A stretch of 64,000 nucleotides of DNA from Candidatus Omnitrophota bacterium (GCA_017992455.1 JAGOOP010000004.1:24567-88566); one strand, 5' to 3'. Shown: positions 31,863-40,697, numbered from the stretch's first letter. Notes: generated from the sequence alone by a model not told the origin. Numbers and translations are program-made.

Positions 31863-32219
31863 TTAGAATCTCTGGCTGGTCTTGATGCCCTGGCTGCGCA
31901 GCTGGGCAAGCTTTTCCCTGGAGCACCGGGGGCACAGAAAAACCGCAGGCGCGTCGGTCCGGTCGTAATCCCTGGCCTTCACCAGCCTGCGCAAAGGCGC
32001 CTCTTTCCCGCACCGGTCGCAATGCCCCATGTCCTTGACATGCCAGACCTCGAATACGGCAGAGGTAAAGATGAATTTATCGACCCAGAAGAATATGGCT
32101 CCTCCGATAAGGTTGGCGATGACCGTCGACCAGATACCGGCGCCGAGACGGCGCACGACGAGCCACAATATCGGCGTGCTCAACTGCCACCTGATCAGAT
32201 AAAAAATAAATCGTTTCAT
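31863..32219 (-). CDS. hypothetical small membrane protein with C-terminal CxxC...CxxC zinc-ribbon
   Basis: 118 aa, two hydrophobic helices, CDRCG...CPRC. Confidence 0.45.
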   Translation of the reverse strand: MKRFIFYLIRWQLSTPILWLVVRRLGAGIWSTVIANLIGGAIFFWVDKFIFTSAVFEVWHVKDMGHCDRCGKEAPLRRLVKARDYDRTDAPAVFLCPRCSREKLAQLRSQGIKTSQRF

Positions 32220-32225
32220 GAAAGC

Positions 32226-33194
32226 TCAGAAATATTCGTGTGCGGCCAGGTACCCGGAATAATCCTTCACGGCCTCGTCGAGCGGCGTAATGGCGTGGCG
32301 GCAGCCGGCCTTGCGCAGTTTCGAAAGATCCGCCTCGGTGAAATACTGGTACTTGTCCCTGATCCCGGCAGGCATTTCGATATACCGAATGTCAGGCTTC
32401 ATATCGAGCGCGGAGAACAATACCCGCGCCAGGTCGTTCCAGGACCGCGCGGAGCCGCTGCCGATGTTAAAGATGCCTTTTTTTGCCGGATGCGTAATGA
32501 AATAATACACCATGGCGACGGCATCCTTGACGTAGATGAAATCGCGTTTCTGTTGGCCGTCCGCATACGCCGGGTTGTACGATTTGAACAGCCGCATCGG
32601 CTCGCCCCGCTTCACCCCGTCGAACACCTTGCAGACGAGCGACATCATATCGCCTTTATGGTATTCGTTCGGGCCGAAGACGTTGAAGAATTTGAAGCCG
32701 GTGACCCTGGCTGACAGCTTGCTGCGGATAAGCCACAGGTCGAAAAGCTGCTTCGAATACCCGTACATGTTAAGCGGCCGCAGGGTCAATGATACCTCGT
32801 CGCTGTCAGAATAGCCGAATGATCCGTCCCCGTAGGTGGCAGCTGACGACGCATAAAAAAACGGTATTTTTTTCGCGAGCGCCCATTCGCACAGCCGCCG
32901 CGTATAGCGGTAATTGTTCCGGATAAGATACGACGCGTCGGTCTCGGTCGTGGACGTCGCGGCGCCCATATGGATGACCCGGTCGAACGCAGTCCCGATG
33001 CGGCCGCCTTCGAGCAATTCGAGAAATTCATCTTTCTCGATATAATCATCGAATGCCTTTCCGGCAAGGTTCTTCCACTTCTCCGCGGAGCCGAGCTCAT
33101 CGACCACCAGGATGTCGTCGATGCCTTCGGCGTTCAGTTTCGATATCAGGCAGCTGCCGATAAAGCCCGCGCCGCCGGTAACAATGACCTTCAT
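32226..33194 (-). CDS. hldD: ADP-L-glycero-D-manno-heptose 6-epimerase
   Basis: VTGGAGFIGS Rossmann start, extended SDR, YxxxK (YGYSK). Confidence 0.8.
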   Translation of the reverse strand: MKVIVTGGAGFIGSCLISKLNAEGIDDILVVDELGSAEKWKNLAGKAFDDYIEKDEFLELLEGGRIGTAFDRVIHMGAATSTTETDASYLIRNNYRYTRRLCEWALAKKIPFFYASSAATYGDGSFGYSDSDEVSLTLRPLNMYGYSKQLFDLWLIRSKLSARVTGFKFFNVFGPNEYHKGDMMSLVCKVFDGVKRGEPMRLFKSYNPAYADGQQKRDFIYVKDAVAMVYYFITHPAKKGIFNIGSGSARSWNDLARVLFSALDMKPDIRYIEMPAGIRDKYQYFTEADLSKLRKAGCRHAITPLDEAVKDYSGYLAAHEYF

Positions 33195-33217
33195 AGGGCG
33201 CCTCCTTAATACCCTCT

Positions 33218-33246
33218 ATCATACGAAAAAAGGCGATTTGAGTCAA
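33218..33246 (-). promoter_or_regulatory. sigma70 promoter for hldD operon (TTGACT-17-TATGAT)
   Basis: Reverse strand TTGACT (33246-33241), 17-nt spacer, TATGAT (33223-33218); AAGGAGG RBS before ATG 33194. Confidence 0.55.
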
Positions 33247-33283
33247 TACAATTAGCAATCGACCCCGTAGGCCTGCTAAGAAA

Positions 33284-33326
33284 TCCCAGGGGCCCTGTTT
33301 GAAGCATTCAAACAGGGCCCCTGGGA
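33284..33326 (-). terminator. intrinsic-terminator-like hairpin after the cheW-MCP-Cache operon
   Basis: 20-bp perfect stem (CCCAGGGGCCCTGTTTGAA gca TTCAAACAGGGCCCCTGGG), followed on minus strand by aTTTCTT. Confidence 0.6.
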
Positions 33327-33353
33327 CAAAAACACTTCTCTACCGCGGCGGTC

Positions 33354-33845
33354 TTATTTCTTATACCCTACATACCAGATACCGATGATCGCGCCCGAAG
33401 AATCCTTGATGGGCTCATACCCGGTCTCATATTTCTCTCCCAGGATATCCGCCTCGCCATAGAACGCCTCGCCTGCCTTGATCTTCTTGATGGCGGCGCC
33501 GTTGGGGTCCAAAAGCGTTCCGACAGCCCTGTTGCCGTCCTTGATGACATTGGTGGAGATACGCTTGAAATCATTGCCGACTTTGGCAAAGATCGTGGCG
33601 GTGCCGCCGTAATTATCGGCGATCTCATCGACGATGTCGTAATTGCCGTTCATCTCGTCCTCGCCGAACATCAACGTGCCGCTGTCGAGTGCGGGAGCGC
33701 CGAGCGCCAAGGTCTTGTCCTCAAGCGCCTTGATGGCGGTCTTCACTTTTTCCTCAACGCTCTGGGCGTAAAGGAACCCGGCGCCGGCGAAACACGCAAC
33801 GACCAGAACCACCAGTATTGCAACTGCTTTCATGTACCCTTTCAT
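33354..33845 (-). CDS. secreted/anchored stand-alone Cache (Cache_3-Cache_2-like) sensor-domain protein
   Basis: Signal/anchor MKAVAILVVLVVACFAGAG; GGTATIFAKVGNDFKRISTNV...GNRAVGTLLD...YGEADILGEKYETGYEPIKD...GIWYVGY; no transmitter domain. Confidence 0.75.
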   Translation of the reverse strand: MKGYMKAVAILVVLVVACFAGAGFLYAQSVEEKVKTAIKALEDKTLALGAPALDSGTLMFGEDEMNGNYDIVDEIADNYGGTATIFAKVGNDFKRISTNVIKDGNRAVGTLLDPNGAAIKKIKAGEAFYGEADILGEKYETGYEPIKDSSGAIIGIWYVGYKK

Positions 33846-33898
33846 TTCCCGCTCCTTTCGTATAAGTTCAACCGTCGTTCCTTATCCTGACGATCACG

Positions 33899-36049
33899 CT
33901 ATGCTTTTTCTGATCTCTCACCTCCCCGTTGATTTGATGCTGCGGCGGCTTCAGTGGAATCAAGCTTGAATTTGCTGACGATCGACATAAGATCAGCGGA
34001 CAGCCGCGCAAGCTCCTGCGCGGACGCGGACATTTCCTGCATGGAAGCGGTCTGCTCTTCGGTGCTTGAGGTCACTTCCTGCGCGGTCGATGCGGACTCC
34101 CGGGCGATCTTGACGACCTCATTCAGGCTCTTGACCACCTGTTCGACCTCGATGATGATCTGATGGCCGAATGCGACGATCTCAGAAGTTACGCCTGATG
34201 CGCTCTTGGCAGCCTCGGTGATGCCGTTCAGGACCGCAGAGATATTGGTAACCTGCGTTTTTCCTTCCTGCACCTCTTTGGAGCTCACATCGATGGCGTT
34301 GACCGCGTGCGTGGTCTCGGTCTGGATCGAACGGATCAGGCCGCCGATCTTGCGCACTGCCTCGGCAGACCCTTCGGCAAGTTTCCTGACCTCTTCTGCG
34401 ACGACGGCAAACCCGCGTCCTGCCTCGCCTGCGCGCGCCGCTTCGATTGCCGCGTTCAAAGCAAGGAGATTGGTCTGGTCGGCGATAGACGTGATCGTCT
34501 CGGTGATCTCGCCGATCTGCTGGGACATCTGGCCGAGCTTCTGGATGACCTGCGCGGTATCGGTAACGGCGCTTGTCAGCTGCTCGATCTTGGCCACCGC
34601 GACATCAGCGGCTTTTTTGCCCTGCATTGCGGTGTCGCTCGCATCGGTAACGGTCTTATTCGCGGTTTGCGCATTATCGACCATCTGTTTGATGCTCGCC
34701 GATGCCTTTTCCATGGTCTCGAACGTTTCGTCGATGCGCTGGGCCTGGGTCTCCGCGCCCTTGCTCACTTTCGTGATCGCGGTCGAGACTTCCTGGGTGG
34801 TCGCGTTCATCTCCTCGGAAGAAGAGGACATCTCCTGAGCGGAACTCGCCACCTTATTCGCCGACATGCGCACCTGCGTGATTATATTGTTCATGGTCTT
34901 GACGATGTCGTTGAAGGCATTGGCCATCATGCCCAGCTCATCCTTGCTTTTGATCGTAACGCGCTGGGTCAGGTCGCCGTTGGATATCGGCACGCTCGTG
35001 TCGATGAGCGCCTTGACGGGCTTGTTGATCGACGTAACGAGCACGAAGGAAATGAGGAGGCCGAGGAACACGGATATGACAAATCCGATGATCATGACGA
35101 CCGAGGTGCCTGACAGGGAATTGACCGACCTCTTCGAAGCGGCGGAAATATCCTTGATGCTGACCTCGGAGTTCTCCTTGACAAGCGCGAGGATCTGATT
35201 GGACAGATCGTCCAGTTTCTTTGCCTCTGCGTCCTTTTGCTGCCACTTCTGCGCGAATGACGCGTATGCGGCCTTTGTGTTGTCTGAGGCCTTCTGGATA
35301 TCGTCAAGCATCTTGCGCAGCGCCTTATGCCGCACATTGGTTATCTTTTTCAACTCTCCGACGATCTTGTTCACCTGGACGAACAGGACATTCGCATCGG
35401 TTATAACCCTCGGATTGCGGGTCACCTGCGCGCGCATGCCCACTTTATCGAGCTTGAACGCCAGATCGTTGAGATCCTTGACATATTGTATCTTGTTCAG
35501 CCGGTCCTGGAGTTTCTCCGCCTTGACCCCGACGGCGATCTCGCCCGACATTTCTCCGAGCTGGACCTTAAGGAATGCGGCAGCAGCGTCGAGGTAGACC
35601 CTGCCGGCGTCGGTCGCTTTTCCGCGCTCGGTATTAAGGCCGTTGGTGAGCTCCACGATCTGGTTCAACCCGCGCTCGTAATTTTTGAGCATCGCGTTCA
35701 TCTTACCGACAGAATCTTCCAACTGTTTAAGCCCGGAGGATTTCTTCGCCACCGCTTCCGCTTCCCCGAGAAGCTTTTTTGTCTCTTCAAGGTCCTTGCG
35801 GATCGCGGCAAGCGTCTTTTTGTCCCCGCTGACAAGATATGCCTGCGTCAGGATATAGGTATTGGAGACCATGCGCTCTATCTGATTGGAAAGATTGACG
35901 CTCGGCAGGTTCTCGTTCGAGAGGACGCCGGTTATCGTCTTGACGCGGGACAGATTGACGATCGTCAGGGTCCCGACCAGGAGCAATAACCCGAGTATGA
36001 TAACGTATCCGCCGCCTATCTTCCACCCCAGTTTGATGTCTTTTAACAT
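33899..36049 (-). CDS. methyl-accepting chemotaxis protein with long helical periplasmic domain
   Basis: 716 aa; 2 TM, HAMP, signalling hairpin [32 protein letters not shown]. Confidence 0.9.
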   Translation of the reverse strand: MLKDIKLGWKIGGGYVIILGLLLLVGTLTIVNLSRVKTITGVLSNENLPSVNLSNQIERMVSNTYILTQAYLVSGDKKTLAAIRKDLEETKKLLGEAEAVAKKSSGLKQLEDSVGKMNAMLKNYERGLNQIVELTNGLNTERGKATDAGRVYLDAAAAFLKVQLGEMSGEIAVGVKAEKLQDRLNKIQYVKDLNDLAFKLDKVGMRAQVTRNPRVITDANVLFVQVNKIVGELKKITNVRHKALRKMLDDIQKASDNTKAAYASFAQKWQQKDAEAKKLDDLSNQILALVKENSEVSIKDISAASKRSVNSLSGTSVVMIIGFVISVFLGLLISFVLVTSINKPVKALIDTSVPISNGDLTQRVTIKSKDELGMMANAFNDIVKTMNNIITQVRMSANKVASSAQEMSSSSEEMNATTQEVSTAITKVSKGAETQAQRIDETFETMEKASASIKQMVDNAQTANKTVTDASDTAMQGKKAADVAVAKIEQLTSAVTDTAQVIQKLGQMSQQIGEITETITSIADQTNLLALNAAIEAARAGEAGRGFAVVAEEVRKLAEGSAEAVRKIGGLIRSIQTETTHAVNAIDVSSKEVQEGKTQVTNISAVLNGITEAAKSASGVTSEIVAFGHQIIIEVEQVVKSLNEVVKIARESASTAQEVTSSTEEQTASMQEMSASAQELARLSADLMSIVSKFKLDSTEAAAASNQRGGERSEKA

Positions 36050-36088
36050 GCTTCCCCCTTTTGTATTATGCCGTTCTCTCTCATAAAT

Positions 36089-36577
36089 CTACGAAACCGC
36101 TGCCGGCTTCACATGCCGCTCTACCTGCGCGAACTCATCAGGAGTGATGATCATGTTCAGGTCAAGAAAGACCAGGAGCCGGTCCTTGAGCTTGACAATA
36201 CCCCGTATATAATGTTCGGGGACCTCGGTGTTGACGAGCGACGGCACTTCTTCCATACAGCTTGATGAAAGGCGAAGGACCTCGGATACGGAATCCACGA
36301 TCATGCCCACGGTTTTCTTGCCCACTTCGACCACGATGATACGCGTGGTCTGGCCCCGTTCTTTTGATCTGAGGCCGATGCGTTTTGCCAGGTCGATGAC
36401 CGCAAGCACCTGGCCGCGCAGATTGACCGCTCCTTCGATGAAATCCGGAGCCTTGGGAAGATGGGTTATCTGCACAAGGCGGATGATCTCCCTGACCTGG
36501 TTGATATCCATGCCGAATTCCTGATCCCCGACCGTGAAAGCGACAAGCTGGTATTCTTTCGGTTTATCCTCAGCCAC
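36089..36577 (-). CDS. cheW: chemotaxis coupling protein CheW
   Basis: YQLVAFTVGDQEFGMDINQVREI; track start 36604 is TTG; GTG 36577 preferred (AGGAGG 4 nt upstream), ATG 36592 alternative. Confidence 0.85.
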   Translation of the reverse strand: MAEDKPKEYQLVAFTVGDQEFGMDINQVREIIRLVQITHLPKAPDFIEGAVNLRGQVLAVIDLAKRIGLRSKERGQTTRIIVVEVGKKTVGMIVDSVSEVLRLSSSCMEEVPSLVNTEVPEHYIRGIVKLKDRLLVFLDLNMIITPDEFAQVERHVKPAAVS

Positions 36578-36602
36578 GGCTCCTCCTGTCATGACCGTAA
36601 AC

Positions 36603-36644
36603 AAAAAAACGCCTCAAAGCAATGCACCCCATTGCCTTCAGGCG
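36603..36644 (-). terminator. intrinsic terminator/attenuator in the cheW leader
   Basis: 15-bp stem 36610-36624/36630-36644 (one mismatch, one G-U), 5-nt loop, then 7 U (plus-strand A run 36603-36609); sits between promoter 36709-36736 and cheW start. Confidence 0.5.
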
Positions 36645-36708
36645 ATTACAAAAAAACCCCATCATTTGAGCCAATTACCCACGGATAATCAGCATATTGT
36701 ATGGTCAT

Positions 36709-36736
36709 ATAATATCATATCGTTACTTTCTGTCAA
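36709..36736 (-). promoter_or_regulatory. sigma70 promoter upstream of cheW leader (TTGACA-16-TATTAT)
   Basis: Reverse strand TTGACA (36736-36731) gaaagtaacgatatga TATTAT (36714-36709). Confidence 0.5.
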
Positions 36737-36803
36737 TATATTTTTTTCTATACCCCTTGTTCCGCAATGTGTTGTGACGCCCTTTGATGTGATATGAAAT
36801 TTG

Positions 36804-36831
36804 TTGCCTGCGCATGGATTTTTGTTATAAT
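36804..36831 (+). promoter_or_regulatory. sigma70 promoter for PilZ gene (TTGCCT-16-TGtTATAAT, extended -10)
   Basis: TTGCCT 36804-36809; TATAAT 36826-36831 preceded by TGT. Confidence 0.5.
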
Positions 36832-36859
36832 ATCCCTGAGCACAAACACGGAGGCGTTT

Positions 36860-37147
36860 ATGCAGGAAAGACGCAAAACCGGCAGGTTACCGCGCCAGGA
36901 ACGGACGTTCATCGAGCACGGTGCAGGAAAAAAAGAAACCATCCTTCTTGACATCAGTATCGGCGGCATGCGCGTCCAGCTTGATGAAGCCATGAAAGTC
37001 GGCACTCCGCTGACGCTCAAAGCCAGCATCCTGCCCCACGCAGGCGCCTTCTTTATGGCAGGGACCGTGACCTGGGTCAAAGAAAGCTCTCCCGGCGTTT
37101 ACGAAACCGGCGTCAAATTCAACAAAGTAAGCACCATACCGCTCTAA
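36860..37147 (+). CDS. stand-alone PilZ-domain protein
   Basis: ORF 36794..37147; ATG 36860 after GGAGG; RRKTGR (RRxxxR) and DISIGG (DxSxxG). Confidence 0.8.
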   Translation: MQERRKTGRLPRQERTFIEHGAGKKETILLDISIGGMRVQLDEAMKVGTPLTLKASILPHAGAFFMAGTVTWVKESSPGVYETGVKFNKVSTIPL

Positions 37148-37149
37148 AA

Positions 37150-37190
37150 CAAGGGGACGGTTCTCAAAGAACGAGAACCGTCCCCTATGT
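37150..37190. repeat. family-2 hairpin repeat, solo copy
   Basis: AGGGGACGGTTCTC aaagaac GAGAACCGTCCCCT + ATGTTT; same core as 1451-1493 and 48706-48752; starts 3 nt after PilZ stop. Confidence 0.75.
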
Positions 37191-37226
37191 TTCCGCTGTA
37201 ACTGGCAAAAGAACATTATACGGAAT

Positions 37227-37279
37227 AAAAAGAGACGGTGTAATTTTGTGATCCTCTCAAAATTACACCGTCTCTTTTT
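37227..37279. terminator. bidirectional terminator hairpin between convergent PilZ and MCP genes
   Basis: 21-bp perfect stem AAAAAGAGACGGTGTAATTTT / AAAATTACACCGTCTCTTTTT, 11-nt loop; A/T runs on both sides. Confidence 0.7.
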
Positions 37280-37286
37280 ATTCTAT

Positions 37287-39041
37287 CTACGCTTTTTTGC
37301 CTGACGCAGCTGATTTCTCGTCCAGCTTGAATTTGCCGACCATTTCTTTCAGGTCCATGGCCAGGCGCGCGAGCTCCTGCGCAGATGCGGACATCTCTTC
37401 CATCGACGCAGTCTGTTCCTGCGTGCTCGACGACACTTCCTGGACGGTCGAGGCCGATTCCTTCGCGATCGCAGCGACCTCGTTGATCGCCTTGACCACA
37501 CGCTCGACCTCGACGACTAATTGCTGTCCCGATTCCGAGATCGAACTGGTCACGCTCGATGCATCCCGCGCGGTTTTATTGATCTCGGTCAGGACGTCTG
37601 CGATCTTGGCAACCTGCGTCTTGCCTTCCATGACCTCTTTCGAGCTCATTTCGATGGCGCTGACCGCATGGCCCGTCTCGGACTGGATCGAGCGGATCAG
37701 GCCGCCGATCTTGCGCACTGCCTCGGCAGACCCTTCGGCAAGCTTCCTCACCTCTTCTGCAACGACCGCAAACCCGCGTCCTGCCTCGCCTGCGCGCGCC
37801 GCTTCGATTGCCGCGTTCAAGGCAAGGAGGTTGGTCTGGTCGGCAATAGACGTGATCGTTTCGGTGATCTCTCCGATCTGCTGGGACATCTGGCCGAGGT
37901 TCTGGATGACCTTTGCCGTATCCATAACGGTCCCTGCAAGCTTCTCGATCTTGTCAACGGTCAACTGCGCGGTATTGCGGCCTGTTTCGGATACGGAACT
38001 CGTCTGCTCGACTGCCTTGTTGGCGCTTTGAGCGCTTGCGACCATGGTCTTCAGGCTCGCGGCGGTCTTTTCCATGGTCATGAACGTTTCTTCGACGCGC
38101 TCTGCCTGGGTATTCGCGCCTTTTGAAACCTTCTGAACGGCTGTCGAGACTTCCTGCGTGGTCGCGTTCATCTCTTCGGAAGAGGAGGACATTTCCTGCG
38201 CGGAGCTGGCGACCTTATCGGCGCTCGTGCGCACCTGATACACGACATTATGCATTGCGGCGATGATGCTGTTGAACGCCTGGCCGATCCTGCCCAATTC
38301 GTCCTGGGTCTTGATATTGATCTTGGCGGTCAGGTCGCCGGAGGTGACCGGGGCCGTGCCTTTGATAAGGATTCCGACGGGATTGGTGAGCATCCTGCGC
38401 ATCAGGAATGTGACCAGGACGATCATCAGGATCAAGCCGATGACGGAAAATACTATGTTGTTGAACTGTGTCTTGCGCATCGCAGACTCGATAGGAGCCC
38501 AGTCGAGGCAGATCCGCAGGACTCCGAGCCATTCCATCTTGGCGCCGTGGCAGTTATGACAGCTTTTTTCGTTCGGGATGGGCTTGAGGACCGTAAAGAC
38601 CCTGCCTTTGGCGTTGCGGCGCGGCTCAAGGCCTTCGAAATGCGCGCCGTCAAGCGCCGCGTTCAGGTTCTTTTCGATGACGGACTGATCGGCCTTGACG
38701 TCGAGCTTTTTGCCGTTCAACGCTGTATCCGTCGCGCGCTTGACCTCGCCTGAATGCTCGGTCAGCTGCATCTCGACAATGCCCTTGACGTTCTTGAATT
38801 GATCGAACTGCATCTGGATGACGTCCTGATCCCCGGTCATCATGGGATACCTGATGGCGGTCATGACCGTGTCGGCCAGTTCAAGCGCAGCGTTCTTCTC
38901 GCGGTCGAACAATGTATCGTTCTGCGACGCCACGTTCATGAACGTGATGATCGCCAGGCTCAACACCAATCCCGCGCTCAGCCATACGGCAAGCTTGTTC
39001 CCTATGGATTTTTTTACATTGAAGATCTCGATCATATCCAC
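37287..39041 (-). CDS. methyl-accepting chemotaxis protein with periplasmic c-type haem-binding motif (CxxCH)
   Basis: 584 aa; TM1 - ~150-aa periplasmic domain containing [13 protein letters not shown] - TM2 - HAMP - MCP signalling domain. Confidence 0.85.
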   Translation of the reverse strand: MDMIEIFNVKKSIGNKLAVWLSAGLVLSLAIITFMNVASQNDTLFDREKNAALELADTVMTAIRYPMMTGDQDVIQMQFDQFKNVKGIVEMQLTEHSGEVKRATDTALNGKKLDVKADQSVIEKNLNAALDGAHFEGLEPRRNAKGRVFTVLKPIPNEKSCHNCHGAKMEWLGVLRICLDWAPIESAMRKTQFNNIVFSVIGLILMIVLVTFLMRRMLTNPVGILIKGTAPVTSGDLTAKINIKTQDELGRIGQAFNSIIAAMHNVVYQVRTSADKVASSAQEMSSSSEEMNATTQEVSTAVQKVSKGANTQAERVEETFMTMEKTAASLKTMVASAQSANKAVEQTSSVSETGRNTAQLTVDKIEKLAGTVMDTAKVIQNLGQMSQQIGEITETITSIADQTNLLALNAAIEAARAGEAGRGFAVVAEEVRKLAEGSAEAVRKIGGLIRSIQSETGHAVSAIEMSSKEVMEGKTQVAKIADVLTEINKTARDASSVTSSISESGQQLVVEVERVVKAINEVAAIAKESASTVQEVSSSTQEQTASMEEMSASAQELARLAMDLKEMVGKFKLDEKSAASGKKA

Positions 39042-39062
39042 CCCGCTTTTATCAAGTCCCTG

Positions 39063-39494
39063 TTAGAAATCGGCAGTTCTGTGCGTTTTCATGCAGATAT
39101 GGCACTGAATGCACACGTCCTTGTCCCGGACATACGATTTCATCGCCTGCATAGCGACCCTGTCCCCGGGATTCGAGGCATGTAAGCCTCCTGCCCCGTG
39201 GCACGCTTCACACTGCTTATAACGCAGATGAGGCGTCTCGTCTTCCGAAACATAACCGCCGGGCTCCCCGTATCCGGTCACATGGCATTTCAGGCATTCG
39301 GGATCCTTTGTCTTGCCCCGCATCTTGAGCACCGCCCATGCCTTGGTGAATTTGCGCGCTTCGAAATCCTTATACTGCTGGGGATGGCAGCCTTTGCATT
39401 TTTCCGCGCCGATGAACTGGTTCTCCTGAGCGGACGCCGCAGCGGCAACGGAAATGAAACAAACCGCCAGCACATACATGATCGCCTTTTTCAT
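39063..39494 (-). CDS. periplasmic tetrahaem cytochrome c
   Basis: ORF 39063..39587 trimmed to ATG 39494 (AAGGAGG 6 nt upstream); Sec signal MKKAIMYVLAVCFISVAAAASA; CKGCH, CLKCH, CEACH, CIQCH. Confidence 0.85.
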   Translation of the reverse strand: MKKAIMYVLAVCFISVAAAASAQENQFIGAEKCKGCHPQQYKDFEARKFTKAWAVLKMRGKTKDPECLKCHVTGYGEPGGYVSEDETPHLRYKQCEACHGAGGLHASNPGDRVAMQAMKSYVRDKDVCIQCHICMKTHRTADF

Positions 39495-39555
39495 TGCATA
39501 CCTCCTTGATTGCGCTTTGGGATAATCATCCTTACTGCTTACAATCACTGGACTT

Positions 39556-39583
39556 ATCATAGCGTAATTCCTGCCTCTGTCAA
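39556..39583 (-). promoter_or_regulatory. sigma70 promoter for cytochrome c / haem-MCP operon (TTGACA-16-TATGAT)
   Basis: Reverse strand TTGACA (39583-39578) gaggcaggaattacgc TATGAT (39561-39556). Confidence 0.5.
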
Positions 39584-39599
39584 GCATAAAATGGAACGG

Positions 39600-39767
39600 T
39601 TATTCTTTTTTCCCGCTTTTGCGGTCCTCATCGCTGCCTGACACGTTCTTCTTGAATTCTTTGATGCCCTCGCCCAATGATCGCGCGATCTGGGGTATCT
39701 TTCCCGCCCCGAAGATCAGCAGCACGATCAGCAAAATGATCAATAACTCACCCATTCCGAATCTCAT
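39600..39767 (-). CDS. tatA: twin-arginine translocase subunit TatA (55 aa, below ORF-track cut-off)
   Basis: Own translation: MRFGMGELLIILLIVLLIFGAGKIPQIARSLGEGIKEFKKNVSGSDEDRKSGKKE; AGGAGG 7 nt upstream of ATG 39767. Confidence 0.8.
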   Translation of the reverse strand: MRFGMGELLIILLIVLLIFGAGKIPQIARSLGEGIKEFKKNVSGSDEDRKSGKKE

Positions 39768-40500
39768 GAACCTTCCTCCTCTCGATGAAACGCGCGACCA
39801 TGATCCCTGTTTCGAACAATACCAGAAGCGGCAACGCCATCAGGATCTGCGAAAAAACATCGGGCCCGGGCGTGAGCGCCGCCGCGGCGATGAATATAAA
39901 AACGATGATGAACCTTCTCTGCCTGCGCAGCGTCTCAGACCTGAGGATCCCTGCCTTTGCCAGAAATCCGATGGCAAGCGGCAGTTCGAAGATGCATCCG
40001 AACGCGAACACCATGGCGAACACGAACGACAGATACCGCGAAATGCTGATCATCGGCACCAGCACATCGGAGCCGTATGCAAGGAGAAACCCGACCCCGA
40101 CGGGCAATATCAAAAAATAGCAGAACGACGCGCCTGTTGCAAAGAGCAGGACGGAGATGACGGTGATACGGCCCGCCATGTGTTTTTCTCCGGGCATAAG
40201 CCCGCGCTCGATAAAACTCCAGAACTGAAAAAGAACGAACGGCATACTGACGAACAACCCGAGAAAAAAAGCGAGTTTGAACCGTGTCCAGAACGCCTCG
40301 ACCGGCCCGGTGAAAATGAACGTTCCGACGGGCCTGGCAAGGTCCCGGATAACGATGTCAACCGCCGGATATACCGCAAACCCGCAGGCAGCCACCGCGA
40401 GCAAGGAATAGATAAGCCGTTTTTTCAGCTCCTCGAGATGCACAAGAAGCGGGATCGGCTCATCAAACCGGCCGGTCTTTTGTTTCGTCTTTATATCCAA
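39748..40500 (-). CDS. tatC: twin-arginine translocase subunit TatC
   Basis: 250 aa, six hydrophobic segments, LVHLEELKKRLIYSLL N-terminal motif. Confidence 0.85.
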   Translation of the reverse strand: MDIKTKQKTGRFDEPIPLLVHLEELKKRLIYSLLAVAACGFAVYPAVDIVIRDLARPVGTFIFTGPVEAFWTRFKLAFFLGLFVSMPFVLFQFWSFIERGLMPGEKHMAGRITVISVLLFATGASFCYFLILPVGVGFLLAYGSDVLVPMISISRYLSFVFAMVFAFGCIFELPLAIGFLAKAGILRSETLRRQRRFIIVFIFIAAAALTPGPDVFSQILMALPLLVLFETGIMVARFIERRKVHEIRNG

Positions 40501-40696
40501 GCTTTCTTTCGACTTCTTCCTTTATATCTACCGGCGGCTCCTGCTCGAGCGCCTCTTTCAGGTCCATGGTCGCGCGCTTGAACGACGCCATTGCTTTGCC
40601 CAGCTGACGGCCGAGGTCAGGCAGGCGTTTGGGCCCGACGACCAGCAGGGCGACGACAAACACCAGAAGGAGCTCGGGCATGCCGACGTTGAACAC
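40463..40696 (-). CDS. tatB: twin-arginine translocase TatB-like (TatA/B family) subunit
   Basis: MFNVGMPELLLVFVVALLVVGPKRLPDLGRQLGK; GTG start 1 nt after hypA-like stop. Confidence 0.75.
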   Translation of the reverse strand: MFNVGMPELLLVFVVALLVVGPKRLPDLGRQLGKAMASFKRATMDLKEALEQEPPVDIKEEVERKLGYKDETKDRPV

Positions 40697-40697
40697 G

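Noticed and set aside
36603-36700. c-di-GMP (GEMM-I/II) riboswitch in the cheW leader, prompted by the neighbouring PilZ gene.
   Set aside because: I could not find the conserved GEMM features (GNRA tetraloop/receptor arrangement, ACGCAAAGC-like core). Only a generic terminator hairpin is evident.
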